This document shows positions 9,928 to 19,314 of a stretch of 64,000 nt of DNA, in pieces. A program made the position numbers and the translations under genes. The notes beneath the pieces were generated by a model. That model saw nothing but the letters and a program-made list of their open reading frames with translations, was not told the DNA's origin and made no database searches. The DNA is from Alphaproteobacteria bacterium (GTDB taxonomy: Bacteria > Pseudomonadota > Alphaproteobacteria > Micropepsales > Micropepsaceae), in NCBI GenBank assembly GCA_023259375.1, contig JAHFQC010000016.1, positions 11,349 through 75,348 of the forward strand, in the 5' to 3' direction. Within the stretch, counting starts at the first letter, position 1. Every line of letters begins with the position of its first letter.

Positions 9928-9972
9928 CTGGGGGACTGGGGGTCGAGAGTTCAAATCTCTCCGCTCCGACCA
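9928..9972 (+). repeat. att site: 3' half of tRNA-Pro(GGG) from anticodon loop to CCA
   Basis: ctggggg (anticodon loop) actgg gggtc gagag-ttcaaat-ctctc (T-arm) cgctccg acca; the upstream sequence lacks the D-arm and 5' acceptor strand. Confidence 0.85.
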
Positions 9973-10047
9973 TTTTTCCAAAGGCTTACAGACGATATCC
10001 CTTTCCAGACCTCGGAACTGGGTGGGAGTTCTGGGTGAGACTTTGCT

Positions 10048-10275
10048 TCAAGTTTTCCCGCCCCGGATCGCACCGAGCGCCGGCCGCTGGCTGGCCTTCT
10101 CGGCGGCGGCGCGTGTCACGTCATCGGCCACCTCGATGTATCCCTGTGTGGTCTCGAAATCGCTGTGATGCGCGAGAGCCTGGGCCGCGAGCGCCGCGCC
10201 ACTTGTGTGATGCACGCGGCACGGACCACCGCCAGTTCTTGCCGTGGGTCTCCTCGATCACCTTCATCGTCGGCG
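10048..10275 (-). pseudogene. C-terminal remnant of a second tyrosine integrase
   Basis: Manual translation: KNWRW / RAACITQVA / AAQALAHHSDFETTQGYIEV...GGKT*; box II motifs and catalytic Tyr at 10138-10140, with small deletions and frameshifts. Confidence 0.65.
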
Positions 10276-10375
10276 CTGCTTGCGGCGAGACTGGATCATC
10301 GGAGGATGAAGCCTCTGGGATGCTGGTTTAGTTCGGGGTACTTATTCCTCGTGAGCACTGTGGTGGCAGCCGATT

Positions 10376-11053
10376 ATGGGCGACATTCTCCTTATCGAAG
10401 ACGAGCCGGTCATGGCGGACTTCATTGTCCGCGGGCTCACCAATGAAGGGCATACCGTTGATCATGCCGCGACCGGCGACGCGGGGCTCGAACGGGCTCT
10501 GAAGCTCAATTACGGTCTTCTGATCGTCGATCGGATGCTGCCTGGCACTGATGGGTTGTCGCTGGTGAAGACCTTGCGCGAGCGCCAGGTGCGCGTGCCG
10601 GTGCTGTTTCTCAGCAATCTCGGTGAACTCGATGACAGAATTCTCGGGCTGAATGCGGGCGGCGACGATTATCTGCCCAAGCCGTTTGCCTTTGCCGAAT
10701 TACTGGCGCGCGCCAACGCGCTGCTGCGCCGGCCGGTGCAGACGGCCGAGCAAATCGTTTTGCAGCTCGGCGATTTGGAGATGCACCTGGTCAAACGCGA
10801 GGTCCGGCGGCAGGGGCGAGAGATCGACCTCAAGCCGCGCGAGTTCACGCTTCTGGAATACATGATGCGTAACGCCAACCAGGTCGTGACCCGAACGATG
10901 CTGCTGGAAGGCGTCTGGGGTTATCACTTCGATCCCAAGACCAACATCGTGGAAACCCATATCAGCCGTTTGCGCGCCAAGATCGGTGCCGATATGGTCG
11001 ATACCGTTCGCGGCTCCGGGTATATGATCCATGCGGCTCGCTCAAACGGTTAG
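10376..11053 (+). CDS. OmpR-family response regulator
   Basis: ILLIEDE, DRMLPG, DDYLPKPF, TNIVETHISRLRAKI, TVRGSGY. Confidence 0.95.
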   Translation: MGDILLIEDEPVMADFIVRGLTNEGHTVDHAATGDAGLERALKLNYGLLIVDRMLPGTDGLSLVKTLRERQVRVPVLFLSNLGELDDRILGLNAGGDDYLPKPFAFAELLARANALLRRPVQTAEQIVLQLGDLEMHLVKREVRRQGREIDLKPREFTLLEYMMRNANQVVTRTMLLEGVWGYHFDPKTNIVETHISRLRAKIGADMVDTVRGSGYMIHAARSNG

Positions 11054-12395
11054 GTCGGCGGCTTTCCGGCTGACGGCGGCTTATGTGCTGCTGTTCACCG
11101 TGTCCGTCGGCGTGCTTGCGGCGTTGACCTGGTTTCTAGTGGTGTCGCGGCTCGATCTCGAATTCCGCAACCATATTAGCGCCGACACCCACACGCTTTC
11201 CGCCGAATATACCGCCGGAGGACTCAAGCAGCTGCTGCATGCGATCAGCGAGCGCCAGCACAACCGTACCGCCGGCGGGCTTTACTATTCGGTGCTGGAT
11301 CCACAGGGGCGGACGCTGGCCGGAACGGCGGAGCGGCATTCTTGCCAAGCCGGATGGTTCGAGGTGGTGGGGCCGCCGGATGGCGACGAGCCTTCGGGCG
11401 AGATGGAACGCCTGGCCATTCTGGCGACGCCGCTGCAGCAAGGCTACTGCCTGATGGTCGGCGACGATTACGGCAAGGTGCGCGGAGTCGGAACGCTGGT
11501 ATTGCGCACGTTCGGCTGGGTGATCCTGGTCACGCTGACGCTGGCGGTCGCAGGCGGATTGCTGCTCAGTTCGCGCTTCCTCAAGCGCATCGAGGTCATC
11601 AACCGCACGGTGGAAGCCATCATTGAAGGCGATATCCGCCAGCGCATCCCGCGCCGGGCGGCACCGGACGATCTCGACCGGCTGGCCGCGACCCTCAACC
11701 GGATGCTTGATCGTACCAACGATCTGATGGAAAGCCTGCGCCACGTCACCAGCGATATCGCGCACGATCTGCGCACGCCGCTCGGCCGCTTGCGCAACCA
11801 GTTGGAGGACGCGAAAGCCCACGCCGGAACGCCCGAGGAATTCCGCGCTGCCGCGGAGAGCGCGATCGCGGAGGTCGACGGCCTGCTCGGGACTTTCAGC
11901 GCCATTCTCAGGATCGCCCAGATCGAAAGCGGGAGTCGCCGGGCGGGCTTCAAAACGTTTTCACTGAGCCGCGTGGTCGATGACGTCTGCGAGAGTTTCG
12001 CCGATGTTGCCGAGGACGCCGGCAAGACGCTGTCGGCCGATGTGGCGCCGAACATTGCCGTGAACGGCGACCAGGAGCTTCTGGTCCAGGCGCTGGTCAA
12101 TCTGATCGAGAACGCGATCGCCTACACGCCGCAAGGAAGCGCGATCACTGTCGGCTTGAAGCAGAGCGACGGCCGTATTGGCCTGACGGTCGCCGATAAC
12201 GGTCCGGGTGTTCCCGCGGAAGAGCTCGAACGCATCTTCCAGCGCTTCGTTCGCTTGGAGCCGAGTCGCAGCACGGCAGGCAACGGGCTGGGATTGAGTA
12301 TCGTAGCTGCCGTAGCGGAACTCCATGGCGGGGCAGTTCGCGCGCAGAATAACCATCCGGGGTTGCGGATGGAGCTGTCGCTTCCCGCCGTTTGA
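11031..12395 (+). CDS. HAMP-domain sensor histidine kinase
   Basis: Two TM segments, HAMP, IAHDLRTPL H-box, NLIENA, DNGPG, GLGLSIV. Confidence 0.95.
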   Translation: MRLAQTVRSAAFRLTAAYVLLFTVSVGVLAALTWFLVVSRLDLEFRNHISADTHTLSAEYTAGGLKQLLHAISERQHNRTAGGLYYSVLDPQGRTLAGTAERHSCQAGWFEVVGPPDGDEPSGEMERLAILATPLQQGYCLMVGDDYGKVRGVGTLVLRTFGWVILVTLTLAVAGGLLLSSRFLKRIEVINRTVEAIIEGDIRQRIPRRAAPDDLDRLAATLNRMLDRTNDLMESLRHVTSDIAHDLRTPLGRLRNQLEDAKAHAGTPEEFRAAAESAIAEVDGLLGTFSAILRIAQIESGSRRAGFKTFSLSRVVDDVCESFADVAEDAGKTLSADVAPNIAVNGDQELLVQALVNLIENAIAYTPQGSAITVGLKQSDGRIGLTVADNGPGVPAEELERIFQRFVRLEPSRSTAGNGLGLSIVAAVAELHGGAVRAQNNHPGLRMELSLPAV

Positions 12396-12531
12396 TACGG
12401 TTTGCGACCGACTTTTCGCGTTTCCCGCAAATACGACAAAAATGACGAACTCCCGCAATGTGAGGGTAGGTTCGCCACGCTAAAACCCATACGTCTTTAA
12501 CGCCTTTGCACATCACGGGAATTGACGGACC

Positions 12532-12990
12532 ATGGGCTTACGCGCCGTGCGATGGGCACTCTTGTGCCTTGCGGTAGGATTAATTGGATTACCGGCGCAT
12601 GCCGCCGACCTCGATCTCAGCGCTTACAAGGGAAAAGTCGTCTATCTCGACTTCTGGGCGTCGTGGTGCACGCCATGCCGCCAGTCGTTTCCCTGGCTGA
12701 GCCAAATCCAGGAGAGCAACGGCCAGCGCGGCCTCGTCGTCATCGCGGTCAATGTCGATCACGACAAGGACCTGGCGGATAAATTCCTCCAACGTTTTTT
12801 GCCCCGCTTCAAGATCGTCTACGACCTCAACGGCGAGATCGCCCACACCTATGGCCTCAAGGACATGCCGACCTCGTATGTGATCGGGCGCGACGGCAAG
12901 GTGCGCTTCACCCACGCCGGCTTCTATCCCAACCAGGAGGGCACATATGCGGCCCATATCGAGGAGGCCCTCAATGAACCGTCTCGTTGA
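12532..12990 (+). CDS. TlpA-family thioredoxin-like disulfide reductase, exported
   Basis: Signal peptide; YKGKVVYLDFWASWCTPC; MPTSYVIGRDG. Confidence 0.92.
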   Translation: MGLRAVRWALLCLAVGLIGLPAHAADLDLSAYKGKVVYLDFWASWCTPCRQSFPWLSQIQESNGQRGLVVIAVNVDHDKDLADKFLQRFLPRFKIVYDLNGEIAHTYGLKDMPTSYVIGRDGKVRFTHAGFYPNQEGTYAAHIEEALNEPSR

Positions 12991-13210
12991 TCTCGCGCGG
13001 CGCACCGCCGTGTGCGTGGCGATCGGTGTGGCCGTGAGCGGCTGTTCGACCTTTGGCCCCGAGCCGTGGGAAAAAGACCTGATGGCGAAGAAGCCGATGC
13101 AGGTCGATGCCTATGCGCTCGAAGCGGCCGCCGTCGATCACATCTATTTCAGCAAGGAAGCGTCCAGCGGTGGTCGCGGCTTCGCCGGCGGAGGTTGCGG
13201 ATGCAATTGA
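12974..13210 (+). CDS. DUF4266 lipoprotein
   Basis: Lipobox VSGC; PWEKDLMAK..M; HIYFSKEASSGG..GGGCGCN C-terminus. Confidence 0.88.
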   Translation: MNRLVDLARRTAVCVAIGVAVSGCSTFGPEPWEKDLMAKKPMQVDAYALEAAAVDHIYFSKEASSGGRGFAGGGCGCN

Positions 13211-14604
13211 AGCGGCGCGGCAAAGTCCGGAAAAAGCTCGGCGCTTTATCGGCGAGTTTGATTGCTGCCTCGGTCGCCGCTCAGGTCGAGCGGGCCGATG
13301 CGCAAAGCTCCGACATGTATTACAAGTACGACAAGCAAAATAACGACTTCGGCCCCGGCATCGCCTACAGCCAGTTGGATGCGGCGCTGCTGGTCTATGC
13401 GGAGCAGGGCGGGCGCATCACCGCTCTTGAACCGACGCTCAATCTCGCCGTGCATGGGCCGAAAGACCAGCTTCTAACGCTGGAACTCACCGCCGATGCG
13501 GTTTCCGGCGCCACGCCCAACGGTGCGGTCAAGGCCGACATTCTGCAAACCTTCGTGACGCCGACCAAATCGGCCGGATCGTCCTATTCGGTGACGAGCG
13601 CCTCCGGCGGCTCGACCATCATTCACGTTCCCGGACAGCCGGCCATTCGTCAGTACACGGTGGACGCGGGACAATTGCCGATGGATAAAGGGTTCGAAGA
13701 CCACCGCGGCGCCTTCAATCTGTCCTATTCGCAGCCGTGGGGCTGGTTCTCCCAGGTCGGCGCGGGCGTGGGCTATTCGATGGAAAGCGATTACAGCTCC
13801 ATCATCGCGAATGTTCATGCCGCCAAGACGTTCAACAGCAACAACACTACACTGAGCCTGTCGCTCAACACCGAATACGATACTTCATCGCCATTTGGCG
13901 GTGTGCCGACGCCGCTGACGGCAATGGACGGAACCTGGAAATCGCCGAATTCGAAAACGAAAACGCAACTCGGGTTCGTCGTCGGTTTGACCCAGGTGAT
14001 GACCCGCAATTGGCTGATGCAGCTCAACTACGCCTACGACAACCAGAGCGGCTATCAGAACGACCCCTACCGCATCCTGTCGGTGGTCGATCCGTCGAGC
14101 GGTGAGCCCAACCAGTACCTCTACGAGAACCGTCCCAACAAACGCGTCAGCCACAGCGTGTTCTGGGACAACAAGGTTGCCTTGGGGCCGACCATCTCCG
14201 ATTTGTCGCTGCGCTATTTCACCGATAGCTGGGGCATTACGTCAAAGACCGCGGAATTTTCCGAGCGCGTGGATCTCGGTTCGCGGCTCTATGTCGAGCC
14301 GAGCGTGCGCTGGTACCAGCAGAGTGCGGCCAACTTCTTCCACTATTATCTCGTCGGCAGCCAGCCGCTGCCGGACTACGCCTCGTCCGACATCCGCCTC
14401 GGCAAGTTCACGTCGATTACCTACGGCGGCAAGGTCGGCCTCGCGCTAACCGGGCGGACCGAGCTTTACGTGCGCGGCGGCTATTACGTCCAGACCGGTA
14501 ACGGCCATCCGGCCGATGCCATCGGCCAGCTCAAGAACCAGGATCTGTTCTCCGGAACCAAGGCTTTGTTCGGCTTCGTCGGCTATACCTGGGACTTCCA
14601 TTGA
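13201..14604 (+). CDS. DUF3570 family predicted outer-membrane beta-barrel, candidate ApbE substrate
   Basis: DAVSGAT motif, MESDYSS, GYQNDPYR, YASSDIRL, aromatic C-terminus YTWDFH; synteny with TlpA, DUF4266 and ApbE. Confidence 0.85.
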   Translation: MQLKRRGKVRKKLGALSASLIAASVAAQVERADAQSSDMYYKYDKQNNDFGPGIAYSQLDAALLVYAEQGGRITALEPTLNLAVHGPKDQLLTLELTADAVSGATPNGAVKADILQTFVTPTKSAGSSYSVTSASGGSTIIHVPGQPAIRQYTVDAGQLPMDKGFEDHRGAFNLSYSQPWGWFSQVGAGVGYSMESDYSSIIANVHAAKTFNSNNTTLSLSLNTEYDTSSPFGGVPTPLTAMDGTWKSPNSKTKTQLGFVVGLTQVMTRNWLMQLNYAYDNQSGYQNDPYRILSVVDPSSGEPNQYLYENRPNKRVSHSVFWDNKVALGPTISDLSLRYFTDSWGITSKTAEFSERVDLGSRLYVEPSVRWYQQSAANFFHYYLVGSQPLPDYASSDIRLGKFTSITYGGKVGLALTGRTELYVRGGYYVQTGNGHPADAIGQLKNQDLFSGTKALFGFVGYTWDFH

Positions 14605-14617
14605 CGTGAACGCACTC

Positions 14618-15517
14618 ATGCCGTCTGAGCATTTCAGCACCGGGTTGACGCAAAGCGGGCGCGATACGCTGTACGTCTTCCAGGCCATGGCGACGCCCTG
14701 TGAGGTCCGCCTCGAAACGCTGAATTTCACCTTGGCCGAGCATGTGGCGCGGGTGGTCGAGACGGAAACGCGGCGGATCGAGCAGAAGTTCAGCCGCTAT
14801 CGTGCCGATAGCGTCATCAGCCGGATCAATGCGGTGGCGGGCGCGCCGGTGGAAGTCGATGCCGAAACCGCCATGCTGCTCGATTTCGCCGATCAGTGTC
14901 ATCGGTTGTCGGATGGCTTGTTCGACATCACCTCCGGGGCGCTGCGGCGCGTCTGGCGGTTCGACGGCTCGGATAGCGTGCCGGATGCGGCTGAGGTCAA
15001 AGCCGTTCTGCCGCAGATCGGCTGGAACAAAGTGAAGTGGCAGGCGCCGCTTCTCACACTCACCGAAGGCATGGAGATCGATTTCGGCGGCTTGGCCAAG
15101 GAATACGCCGTCGATCGCGCCATCGCATTGGCGGGGCAGGTCACCAAGATCCCGACACTGATCAATTTCGGCGGCGACCTCTGCGTATCGGGACCGCGCG
15201 CCGACGGCTCGCGCTGGAAGGTCGCCATCGAATCCGTCGATCAGTCGGGCGGTATGGCGGCGATGCTGGAGCTGTCTCAGGGCGCGCTGGCGACCAGCGG
15301 CGATGCCCGCCGCTTTCTGCTCAAGGACGGCGTGCGCTACGGCCATATCCTCAATCCCAAAACCGGCTGGCCGATTGCGCAAGCGCCGCGTTCGGTCACT
15401 GTGGCGGCAGCGACTTGTGTCGAAGCCGGCATGACCGCGACCATGACTATTCTCCAAGGCAAGCACGCAGAGCGTTTCTTGAAGCGCGAAGGCGTCAAGG
15501 CCTGGTGCATCCGGTGA
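14618..15517 (+). CDS. apbE: FAD:protein FMN transferase ApbE
   Basis: AMATPCEV, FSRYRADS, FDITSG, IDFGGLAKEYAVD, NFGGD, LATSGD, YGHILNPKTGWP. Confidence 0.93.
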   Translation: MPSEHFSTGLTQSGRDTLYVFQAMATPCEVRLETLNFTLAEHVARVVETETRRIEQKFSRYRADSVISRINAVAGAPVEVDAETAMLLDFADQCHRLSDGLFDITSGALRRVWRFDGSDSVPDAAEVKAVLPQIGWNKVKWQAPLLTLTEGMEIDFGGLAKEYAVDRAIALAGQVTKIPTLINFGGDLCVSGPRADGSRWKVAIESVDQSGGMAAMLELSQGALATSGDARRFLLKDGVRYGHILNPKTGWPIAQAPRSVTVAAATCVEAGMTATMTILQGKHAERFLKREGVKAWCIR

Positions 15518-15518
15518 C

Positions 15519-17546
15519 ATGATGCTGGAACGAGCCCTGATCTTCGCATTCGCGGTATTCACCGCGCTCATCGTGGCTCCGGGCGCACAGGCCGGTTCAA
15601 GCGCAACGCTGGATCATGTCCGCCTCGATGCCACGCTCGAGGCGCCGCTTCAGCCGGGAAAGACGGTCTGGGTCGCGATCCATCAGCACATGGATTCCGG
15701 CTGGCACACCTATTGGCGCAATCCCGGTGAAGCCGGCGTCGCGACATCCATAGCCTGGACCCTGCCTCAAGGCGTCACGGCTGGAGACATCCGCTGGCCC
15801 ACGCCGGAGCGGTTCAGCGATGGCACGGTCACCAATTACGGCTACGCGAAAGACGCAACGCTGCTGGTGCCGCTGACCGCGTCGACAACCGCGAAGTCCG
15901 GTATCGCACATCTGAAGGTCAACCTCCTGGCCTGCGAGCATATGTGCATTCCCGAAGAGGCGACGCTCGACCTCGATCTCGGCAAGGCGTCCGGCACTGC
16001 GGCGATGTTCGAAGCGGCGCGGCGCGCAATGCCGCGACCGTTTGCTGGAACCGCCCGCTTTTCGCTCGATGCGCATTCCGTGCGCGTGGTGCTGGATTTA
16101 CCGCAAGCCCCTGCGGCCGATGCCGTCGCAGTATTTTCCGCTGAGCAGCGCTTGCTGGCAGACGGCGGTGTTGCCCGCGTGCGCGTGGACGGATCGCGCG
16201 TGACCTGGACCATGCCGGTTGAGGCCGGTGCGAAGGCGCCCGCCTCGTTCTCCGGTGTCGTTGCGGTGGCCGGGCAGGGCGCCTGGGCGTTCACGGCACA
16301 GCCGGGCGTGTTTGCCGCGTCGCCGACGAATGCTGCCCACGACAACGGTCTGTTGGCGGCACTGGCATTGGCTTTTCTCGGCGGCTTGATCTTGAATCTG
16401 ATGCCGTGCGTGCTGCCGGTCCTCTCCATGAAGGCGCTGGCCTTGGCCCGCACGGGTTCTGATAACGCTGCGGCCAAGCGGGAAGGGCTGTTCTATCTCG
16501 CGGGTGTGATGGCGACGTTCGCCACTATGGCGACAGTTCTGTTGACGCTGAAAGCCAGCGGCGCCGCGCTCGGCTGGGGCTTCCAATTGCAGTCGCCGGT
16601 CGTCGTTCTGGGGCTCGCCCTCTTGATGGCGACCATCGGCATGAATCTCTTCGGCGCCTTCGAATTGCCGTTGGGATTTGCCGGTGCGGGCGATCATCTG
16701 GCGCAAAGCGGCGGCGCCAAAGGAGCGTTCTTTACCGGCGCCCTGGCGGTGGTGGTTGCCAGCCCGTGCACGGCGCCGTTCATGGGCGCGGCGCTCGGCT
16801 TTGCCCTGACGCAACCGGTCCTCGCGGCGGCTTCAGTCTTTCTGGCGCTTGGCTTGGGATTTGCCGCTCCGTTCACCATCGTCAGTTTCTCGCCCGCATT
16901 GGTTCGCCTGCTGCCGAAACCCGGTAACTGGATGAACACCTTCAAGCAGGCCATGGCCTTCCCGATGTTCGCAACCGCGATCTGGTTGTTGTGGGTCTTG
17001 GCACGGCAGAGCGGGACCGATGCCGTCATCATTGGGTTGGCCGTGGGCCTCGGCATCGCGCTAGTCGTGTGGTTGTGCCGGATCACACGCGGCTTGTGGT
17101 CGTGGGTGGTTGGCATTGCCGGCGCGGTTGCCTTGACGATCAGTTCCGCCCTGGCACTCATCCCGCCGGCGCCATCAGCGCAGCCGATGTGGCAGCCGTG
17201 GTCGGAACAGGCGCTGGCTTCGGCGCGCCAGACGGGCCGCCCGGTGCTGGTCGATTTCTCCGCCGCGTGGTGCGTGACCTGTCTCGTCAACGAGCGCGTG
17301 GCGCTGAACGATGCGACGGTGATGAAGCGTCTGAAAGAGGCCCGCGTGGTGACCTTGAAAGGCGATTGGACCAATCCCGATCCGGCGATCACCGCGGCAC
17401 TGCACCAGTTTGGCCGCGACGGCGTCCCGCTTTACGCGCTCTACAGGCCGGGTGGAAAGACCGAAGTGCTGCCGCAGATCCTGACGCCGGAAATCGTTTT
17501 GGCCGCGCTGGAAAACGCCGGCGCGACAGCGGCTCAGTCTCGCTGA
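15519..17546 (+). CDS. dsbD: Protein-disulfide reductase DsbD family
   Basis: GWHTYWRNPG and ACEHMCIPE (alpha domain); LNLMPCVLPV and SPCTAPFM (TM domain); AAWCVTC (thioredoxin domain). Confidence 0.92.
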   Translation: MMLERALIFAFAVFTALIVAPGAQAGSSATLDHVRLDATLEAPLQPGKTVWVAIHQHMDSGWHTYWRNPGEAGVATSIAWTLPQGVTAGDIRWPTPERFSDGTVTNYGYAKDATLLVPLTASTTAKSGIAHLKVNLLACEHMCIPEEATLDLDLGKASGTAAMFEAARRAMPRPFAGTARFSLDAHSVRVVLDLPQAPAADAVAVFSAEQRLLADGGVARVRVDGSRVTWTMPVEAGAKAPASFSGVVAVAGQGAWAFTAQPGVFAASPTNAAHDNGLLAALALAFLGGLILNLMPCVLPVLSMKALALARTGSDNAAAKREGLFYLAGVMATFATMATVLLTLKASGAALGWGFQLQSPVVVLGLALLMATIGMNLFGAFELPLGFAGAGDHLAQSGGAKGAFFTGALAVVVASPCTAPFMGAALGFALTQPVLAAASVFLALGLGFAAPFTIVSFSPALVRLLPKPGNWMNTFKQAMAFPMFATAIWLLWVLARQSGTDAVIIGLAVGLGIALVVWLCRITRGLWSWVVGIAGAVALTISSALALIPPAPSAQPMWQPWSEQALASARQTGRPVLVDFSAAWCVTCLVNERVALNDATVMKRLKEARVVTLKGDWTNPDPAITAALHQFGRDGVPLYALYRPGGKTEVLPQILTPEIVLAALENAGATAAQSR

Positions 17547-17820
17547 AGAAAAACCAAACACTGCCATCCCAGCCATGTCTGCCTGAACGTCAACTCCGCA
17601 CGCGGAGAACGGGCACGCATGGTCTATTGCCACCTATGTATTTCTGAATTTGTCGATTTGTCGCATGAAAGTGTCCAATATCCACCAAATTGTGAAATGA
17701 ATATCAGAGCGAGCGGAGTATGAAGACGGGGATCCGGTGATCGTGTTGGACGGTTATCTAGTCAGACGGCGAAGCGCCGGTCGATTCCAAGTCCGTGAGA
17801 GTGCCGTTAAGAGGAATGTG

Positions 17821-19041
17821 ATGTCAGAGTGGTCCGATCATTATGCGACGCGTGTTTCCCACATGCAGGCGTCGGAAATTCGCGAATTGTTGAAGCTGCT
17901 GGATCAGCCCGACATTATTTCCTTCGCCGGCGGCATTCCCGACCCCGCACTGTTTCCGCAGCAGGAAATCGCTCAGGCCTATCAGCGCATTCTCAGTGAC
18001 CCGGAGCGGTCGGCCGTGGCGCTGCAATACTCGATCAGCGAAGGCTATCCGCCGCTGCGCGAGTGGCTGGCGGGTTATATGGGCCGGCTTGGCGTCACTT
18101 GCACGCCCGACAACATCCTGATCACCAACGGCTCGCAGCAGGGTCTCGATTTCGTCGGCAAGCTGTTCGTCTCGCCCGGTGACACCGTTCTGGTGGCGTG
18201 GCCGACCTATCTCGGCGCTTTGCAGGCGTTCTCCAGCTACGAGCCGCGGTTCGATGTGTTGCCTGGGCCCAACACCAATCGCACGCTGGAAAGCTATACC
18301 GCCGGCGGAAAGGCGAAACCGAAATTCGGCTATGTGATGCCGGAATTCCAGAACCCCACCGGCACCTGCGCCAGCCTTGCCGAGCGTGAACGCATGCTCG
18401 ATGTGGCGGCGGAACTCGATCTGCCGCTGGTCGAAGACAGTGCTTACGAGAAGCTGCGCTATGACGGCGAGCGTGTGCCGTCGCTGCTGGCATTGGCGGC
18501 CAAGCGCGCCGGCGGCATCGATCACTGCAAGGTGCTCTATTGCGGCACCTTCTCCAAGAGCATCGTTCCGGCGCTGCGCATCGGCTGGATCGTGGCGGCC
18601 AAGCCGGTCATTCAGAAGCTGGTCCTGATGAAGCAGGCCAGTGACCTGCACGTTTCCACCTTGAACCAGATGGTGATGTACGAGGTCGCTTCAGCGGTGA
18701 TCGAGGATCAGGCCGAGAAGATGCGGCCGGTTTATCGCGCGCGGCGGGATGCCATGGTGGCTGCGCTCGACCGTTATATGCCGGAGGGCGTCAGCTTCAC
18801 CCGGCCGGAAGGCGGCATGTTCGTGTGGGCGACATTGCCGGACGGCATCGATGGGGCCGCGCTTCTGAAGCGCTGCATCGAGGTGGGGCGGGTTGCTTTC
18901 GTTCCCGGTGCCGCGTTCTTCGCCGATCGCTCCTGCCGCAACACCATCCGCCTGAGCTTCTCCTTGAACGAGCCGGCCAAGGTGGAAGAGGGCATCAAAC
19001 GCCTCGCGTCGGTGCTCAAGCAGGTCATTGCGGAAAGGTAG
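17821..19041 (+). CDS. PLP-dependent aminotransferase class I/II (LysN/ARO8-like)
   Basis: SEIRELLK, ISFAGGIPD, ALQYSISEG, ITNGSQQ, FQNPTG, GTFSKSIVPALRIGW. Confidence 0.9.
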   Translation: MSEWSDHYATRVSHMQASEIRELLKLLDQPDIISFAGGIPDPALFPQQEIAQAYQRILSDPERSAVALQYSISEGYPPLREWLAGYMGRLGVTCTPDNILITNGSQQGLDFVGKLFVSPGDTVLVAWPTYLGALQAFSSYEPRFDVLPGPNTNRTLESYTAGGKAKPKFGYVMPEFQNPTGTCASLAERERMLDVAAELDLPLVEDSAYEKLRYDGERVPSLLALAAKRAGGIDHCKVLYCGTFSKSIVPALRIGWIVAAKPVIQKLVLMKQASDLHVSTLNQMVMYEVASAVIEDQAEKMRPVYRARRDAMVAALDRYMPEGVSFTRPEGGMFVWATLPDGIDGAALLKRCIEVGRVAFVPGAAFFADRSCRNTIRLSFSLNEPAKVEEGIKRLASVLKQVIAER

Positions 19042-19071
19042 CTGATTGCGCGAGATGCGCCGTCAGGCGCA

Positions 19072-19314
19072 TTACTCCGGGTCTTCGTCTTCCTCGGTCA
19101 GCGTCTCTGTCGCAGCGGCGCGATGCAGTTCCAGTTCCGCAAGGAATTGGACCAGCTCCAGCTCCTCGGCGGTGATGTTGTGCATGTGCATCTTGATGGC
19201 AAGATTGGCGGCGCCAACCAGACGCGCCGCCAGATCCAATCCGTGCGCATCGAGAGTTTCGATGACTTCGGCCAGCACCGTGGTGCATTTTTCAAGGTCA
19301 TTATCGGCAGGCAT
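19072..19314 (-). CDS. Small helical hypothetical protein (80 aa) with acidic tail
   Basis: Start overlaps the upstream stop by 14 nt; amphipathic helices LDLAARLVGAANLAIKMHMHNIT. Confidence 0.6.
   Translation of the reverse strand: MPADNDLEKCTTVLAEVIETLDAHGLDLAARLVGAANLAIKMHMHNITAEELELVQFLAELELHRAAATETLTEEDEDPE

Larger units (their letters stand above)
1..9972. mobile_element. Right-hand part of a decaying ICE/genomic island integrated at tRNA-Pro(GGG); the left end lies upstream of the window
   Basis: DUF736-HTH-TraF peptidase-SLT-relaxase gene order typical of alphaproteobacterial ICEs; tyrosine integrase at 8420-9766 directly beside a tRNA 3'-half duplication at 9928-9972. Confidence 0.85.

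Noticed and set aside
9900-9972. Intact tRNA-Pro gene
   Set aside because: Only the anticodon loop to CCA is present; the upstream sequence cannot form the D-arm or the 5' acceptor strand, so it is called an att fragment
12436-12470. CusR/CopR-type operator upstream of tlpA (aaaatgac)
   Set aside because: Only one half-site; no matching inverted half
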